From Candidatus Cloacimonadales bacterium (GTDB lineage: Bacteria > Cloacimonadota > Cloacimonadia > Cloacimonadales > JAIOQZ01): a DNA stretch of 64,000 nt. The stretch covers positions 576,001-640,000 of the forward strand of contig CAXXTU010000002.1 in the NCBI GenBank assembly GCA_963662655.2, given 5' to 3'. Every line of letters starts with the position of its first letter. Within the stretch, counting starts at the first letter, position 1. The notes under the pieces are model-generated. The model made no database searches. It was not told the DNA's origin and saw only the letters and a program-made list of their open reading frames with translations. Position numbers and translations under genes: made by a program. This document shows positions 61,326 through 64,000 of this stretch, piece by piece.

Positions 61326-61778
61326 CTAAAACAGCACCTTGCTGAGAATCCGGGGTTCCAGCCTGAACTTGGAGCCTTTCCCCTGGAAGAAGTGATGCTC
61401 CCGAATCAGATGAATGTTCAAAGGCGTCCACTGCACCTGGAAGTTGTGCTTCAGATTGGTGAAGTAAATTATCCCCTTGCGGTAACCACCTCCATGCATG
61501 AACGGACACACCAGCTTCCCTCGGAACGATTTGTATTCGACCTGGAATTGCTCCTCGATCACGATCGGTCCGTCGTATGAGTCGAAGGCTCTTTCGGTGA
61601 AGAAATCCATGCGATCGGCGATTTCTTCCGCGGTGATGCCCAGCGCTTGGAGCTCGCCCTCATCGGTCTCGATGATTTCGTTCAAGTGCCTCTCGTCGTA
61701 GCCGAGAAATCCGTCGCGCGTCAGGATGCCGGGTTGCATCCGCTCGATAATCTGTATTTCTTTGGGAGTCTGTTTCAT
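61326..61778 (-). CDS. Conserved-looking hypothetical protein downstream of the nqrF-like gene
   Basis: 9-nt gap from the upstream stop; motifs MQPG.L..DGFLG.D.R, CPF.H, HLIREHHFFQGKGS.FR.EP. Confidence 0.75.
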   Translation of the reverse strand: MKQTPKEIQIIERMQPGILTRDGFLGYDERHLNEIIETDEGELQALGITAEEIADRMDFFTERAFDSYDGPIVIEEQFQVEYKSFRGKLVCPFMHGGGYRKGIIYFTNLKHNFQVQWTPLNIHLIREHHFFQGKGSKFRLEPRILSKVLF

Positions 61779-61787
61779 AAATTCCCC

Positions 61788-62891
61788 TTATGCAAAGCTG
61801 TCGTAGAAGATGCGATCCTCGGGAACGCCGAGCTTCTTGAGTTCTTTGGTCACTGCGCTGATCATACCCGGGCTGCCGCAGAGGTAGGCCTCCGTCTTTG
61901 CCGGATCGCGCATGAATTCCTGGAAGTACGGCAAGACGTATCCGGTTCTGCCGTCCCAATCCGAGCCTTCCTCCGGCTGGGAAAGGACGGGAACGTAGGT
62001 GAAATCTGGCAGTTTCTTCTCATACTCGCGGAAATGCTCCGTGAGGTAGAGGTCTTTTTTCGTCCTTGCACCGAAGAAGTAAACCATGCGCCGTTTGCTA
62101 CCGTGGTTGTGAAGATACTCCACCATCGATTTGATCGGCGCTTTGCCGGATCCACCCGCTATGAAGAACATGTCCGCTTCCGTATCCTGAATCACGAAAT
62201 CGCCGAAAGGACCGGTGAAGGATATCTCGTCGCCCTCGTTGAGGTGGTCGTGAACCCAGGTTGTGCAAATGCCTTCCGGCACGCGCCGTATGATGAGCTG
62301 CAGGATGTCCTCGTGATCGGGATTGCTTGAAATGGAATATGCGCGGGAGACGGTCGACTTGTTCTTCGCGTAGGGCTTTGTTTCGAGTTGAACGTACTGC
62401 CCGGCCTTGAATTCGATCCGGGTCGGTTCGATGAGCTTGAAGGTGAGACCTTTGATATCGTACGTGTAATCTTCAATCTTGGCGACTTTCGCACGGAAAC
62501 GCTTGATCGAGAAGAGCTCCGGCGGAATCCATATCTTGATATCCTCTTTGACCTTGATCTGGCACGAGAGGCGAATGTTATCCTTGAGTTCCTGCGCGTT
62601 CAGATACGGTTTCTCGGTGGGGAGAAGTGGTCCTCCGCCTTCCAGCACTTTGACTTTGCAAAAACCGCAGCTTCCTCTTCCGCCGCAGGCCGATGGAATG
62701 AAGAGGTTGTTGTCGCCCAGCAGCGTAAGCAGCGAGCTTCCGCCCTCGACTTTGATCTGCTTCTTGCCGTTGTTGATGTCGATCGTGCATTCGCCGTAAT
62801 TGGCGATGAACATGTCCGCCAACACCAGAAGCAGCGCAAGGCCACCGCTGATGCCCGAGACGATAAGGATATTCCATAAGATGAATGTCAT
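61788..62891 (-). CDS. nqrF: NqrF-like 2Fe-2S/FAD/NAD oxidoreductase subunit
   Basis: Start MTFILW with TM anchor; SACGGRGSCGFC, RLSCQ, RAYSISS, GPFG.F, AGGSG.AP, YLCG.P. Confidence 0.8.
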   Translation of the reverse strand: MTFILWNILIVSGISGGLALLLVLADMFIANYGECTIDINNGKKQIKVEGGSSLLTLLGDNNLFIPSACGGRGSCGFCKVKVLEGGGPLLPTEKPYLNAQELKDNIRLSCQIKVKEDIKIWIPPELFSIKRFRAKVAKIEDYTYDIKGLTFKLIEPTRIEFKAGQYVQLETKPYAKNKSTVSRAYSISSNPDHEDILQLIIRRVPEGICTTWVHDHLNEGDEISFTGPFGDFVIQDTEADMFFIAGGSGKAPIKSMVEYLHNHGSKRRMVYFFGARTKKDLYLTEHFREYEKKLPDFTYVPVLSQPEEGSDWDGRTGYVLPYFQEFMRDPAKTEAYLCGSPGMISAVTKELKKLGVPEDRIFYDSFA

Positions 62892-62902
62892 AGGATTTCC
62901 TT

Positions 62903-63490
62903 CTATTGTATAACGACCACGCCGGAGAACCCGATGAACGCCAGCGCCATGATTCCGGTGATGATCAATGTTATCCCCGCGCCCTGCAATCCGGTGGGGA
63001 TAAACTTGTCTTTCAGCTTCGCGCGGATACCCGCCAGCGCCAGGATGGCCAGCATCCAGCCGAGACCGCTTCCGGCTGCGTAGCCAACGGTCTGCATGAA
63101 GGTGTATTGCCGAATGACCATGAAAAGCGATACGCCGAGAATCGCGCAATTCACCGTAATCAAAGGAAGGAATATCCCCAGCGTGTAGTAAAGTACCGGC
63201 GATACCCGCTCGATGATCATTTCGGTGAGCTGCACCGTGGCGGCAATCACGATGATGAAGATGATGTATTGAAGATAGACGATGTCCAGCGGTACCAGGA
63301 TGTAATGGTAAACCAGGTAGTTCAACACGGTTGTCAGGATCGTGACGAACGTGACCGCCATGCCCAGCCCGAACGACGACTCGATCTCCTTGGATACCGA
63401 AAGGTACGAGCACATCCCAAGGAAGTTCGTAAGCAGGATGTTGCTGGTGAATATCGCAGCAAAGAAGATGATTATTGGACTCAGAACCAT
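62903..63490 (-). CDS. nqrE: NqrE / RnfA-family membrane subunit
   Basis: Start MVLSP after GGAGG; FLGMCSYL.VSK, LGIFLPLITVNCAILG, GLQGAGIT. Confidence 0.85.
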   Translation of the reverse strand: MVLSPIIIFFAAIFTSNILLTNFLGMCSYLSVSKEIESSFGLGMAVTFVTILTTVLNYLVYHYILVPLDIVYLQYIIFIIVIAATVQLTEMIIERVSPVLYYTLGIFLPLITVNCAILGVSLFMVIRQYTFMQTVGYAAGSGLGWMLAILALAGIRAKLKDKFIPTGLQGAGITLIITGIMALAFIGFSGVVVIQ

Positions 63491-63492
63491 GA

Positions 63493-64000
63493 TTACCTCC
63501 TTCCCGCTTTCGCTTTGTGTGCCGCGATGGGGCCGTTGATGATCCAGATGAGGATGGCCAGCATGAAGAACGCGCTGGGCGCCATCACCATGATCGACCA
63601 GTTGGTCCACCAGCTTCCCATGATCTTCGAGCCGAAGATCGTTCCGAAACCGGTAATTTCACGAACAAACGAAATCAGCAGCAGCACCAGCGTATAGCCG
63701 GTTCCCGCACCGATTCCGTCGATGAACGAATCGAACGGCGTGTTCTTCGCAGCGAATGCCTCCGCACGTCCCATGATGATGCAATTGGTGATGATCAATC
63801 CCACGTACGGCCCGAGCGCTTTGCTCATCGCCGGCATGTATGCCTTGAGGAAGATGTCCACGATGATCACGAACGAGGCGATGACCAGTGTCTGCGCCAT
63901 CATGCGAACGTTCTTCGGCGTGAATCTGCGGATCATCGAGATGGTGAAGTTGGAAAACGCCAGCACGAAGATGACGCCCAACCCCATCACCAGGCTGTTT
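63493..64000 (-). CDS. nqrD: NqrD / RnfE-family membrane subunit, 5'-truncated by the window edge
   Basis: VGLIITNCIIMGRAEAFA, RE..G.G, MAPSAFF. Confidence 0.85.
   Translation of the reverse strand, partial: NSLVMGLGVIFVLAFSNFTISMIRRFTPKNVRMMAQTLVIASFVIIVDIFLKAYMPAMSKALGPYVGLIITNCIIMGRAEAFAAKNTPFDSFIDGIGAGTGYTLVLLLISFVREITGFGTIFGSKIMGSWWTNWSIMVMAPSAFFMLAILIWIINGPIAAHKAKAGRR

Noticed and set aside
61183..61345. TPP or SAM riboswitch, SRP RNA, 6S RNA or twister ribozyme
   Set aside because: Only short fragments match; the required conserved cores and spacing are missing by eye.
62892..63413. N-terminal extension of the 541-aa ORF 61788..63413
   Set aside because: It overlaps nqrE in another frame; the real start is MTFILW at 62891. 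Similar over-extended starts were trimmed for ORFs at 24442, 26146, 26880, 33932, 53123 and 18109.

Overview
Bacterial chromosomal window with about 58 CDS and no rRNA, tRNA, CRISPR array, integrase or transposase. Secreted proteins ending in 'N(Y/F)PNPFNPxTxI...' FlgD/T9SS-like C-terminal domains, an Nqr-type complex and a DtxR-Feo locus suggest an anaerobic diderm of the FCB group, probably Cloacimonadota-like (inference only). Contents in order: the end of an MCP, an e(P4)-type phosphatase, a beta-propeller surface protein, GltS, a PflX-like radical SAM enzyme, an amino-sugar/glycosylation cluster that includes CitE-like and MaoC-like genes, a DtxR-FeoA/FeoA/FeoB operon extended by a porin, a secreted protein and an FMN-binding protein, a GH85 ENGase, Bcp, AraC/GyrI, a CapA-family secreted protein, a GT-B/Ppx fusion with an MBL-cNMP phosphodiesterase and DAHP synthase, a large surface protein, PerR-Prx, a TPR sigma-54 activator with an adjacent -24/-12 promoter, a large outer-membrane protein, TsaE, a hybrid kinase, LigA, a serpin and nqrD/E/F-like genes. 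The most striking unexplained signal is non-coding: a dispersed family of 117-154 bp rod-shaped palindromic elements. There are three clear copies (21080, 34010, 57756) and one diverged inverted copy (61183). They share fixed-spaced conserved boxes, covarying stems and strand-specific G-T/G-U pairs. A separate 91-bp tandem hairpin array lies at 30585-30877. All calls come from reading motifs by eye; no database search or folding program was run.
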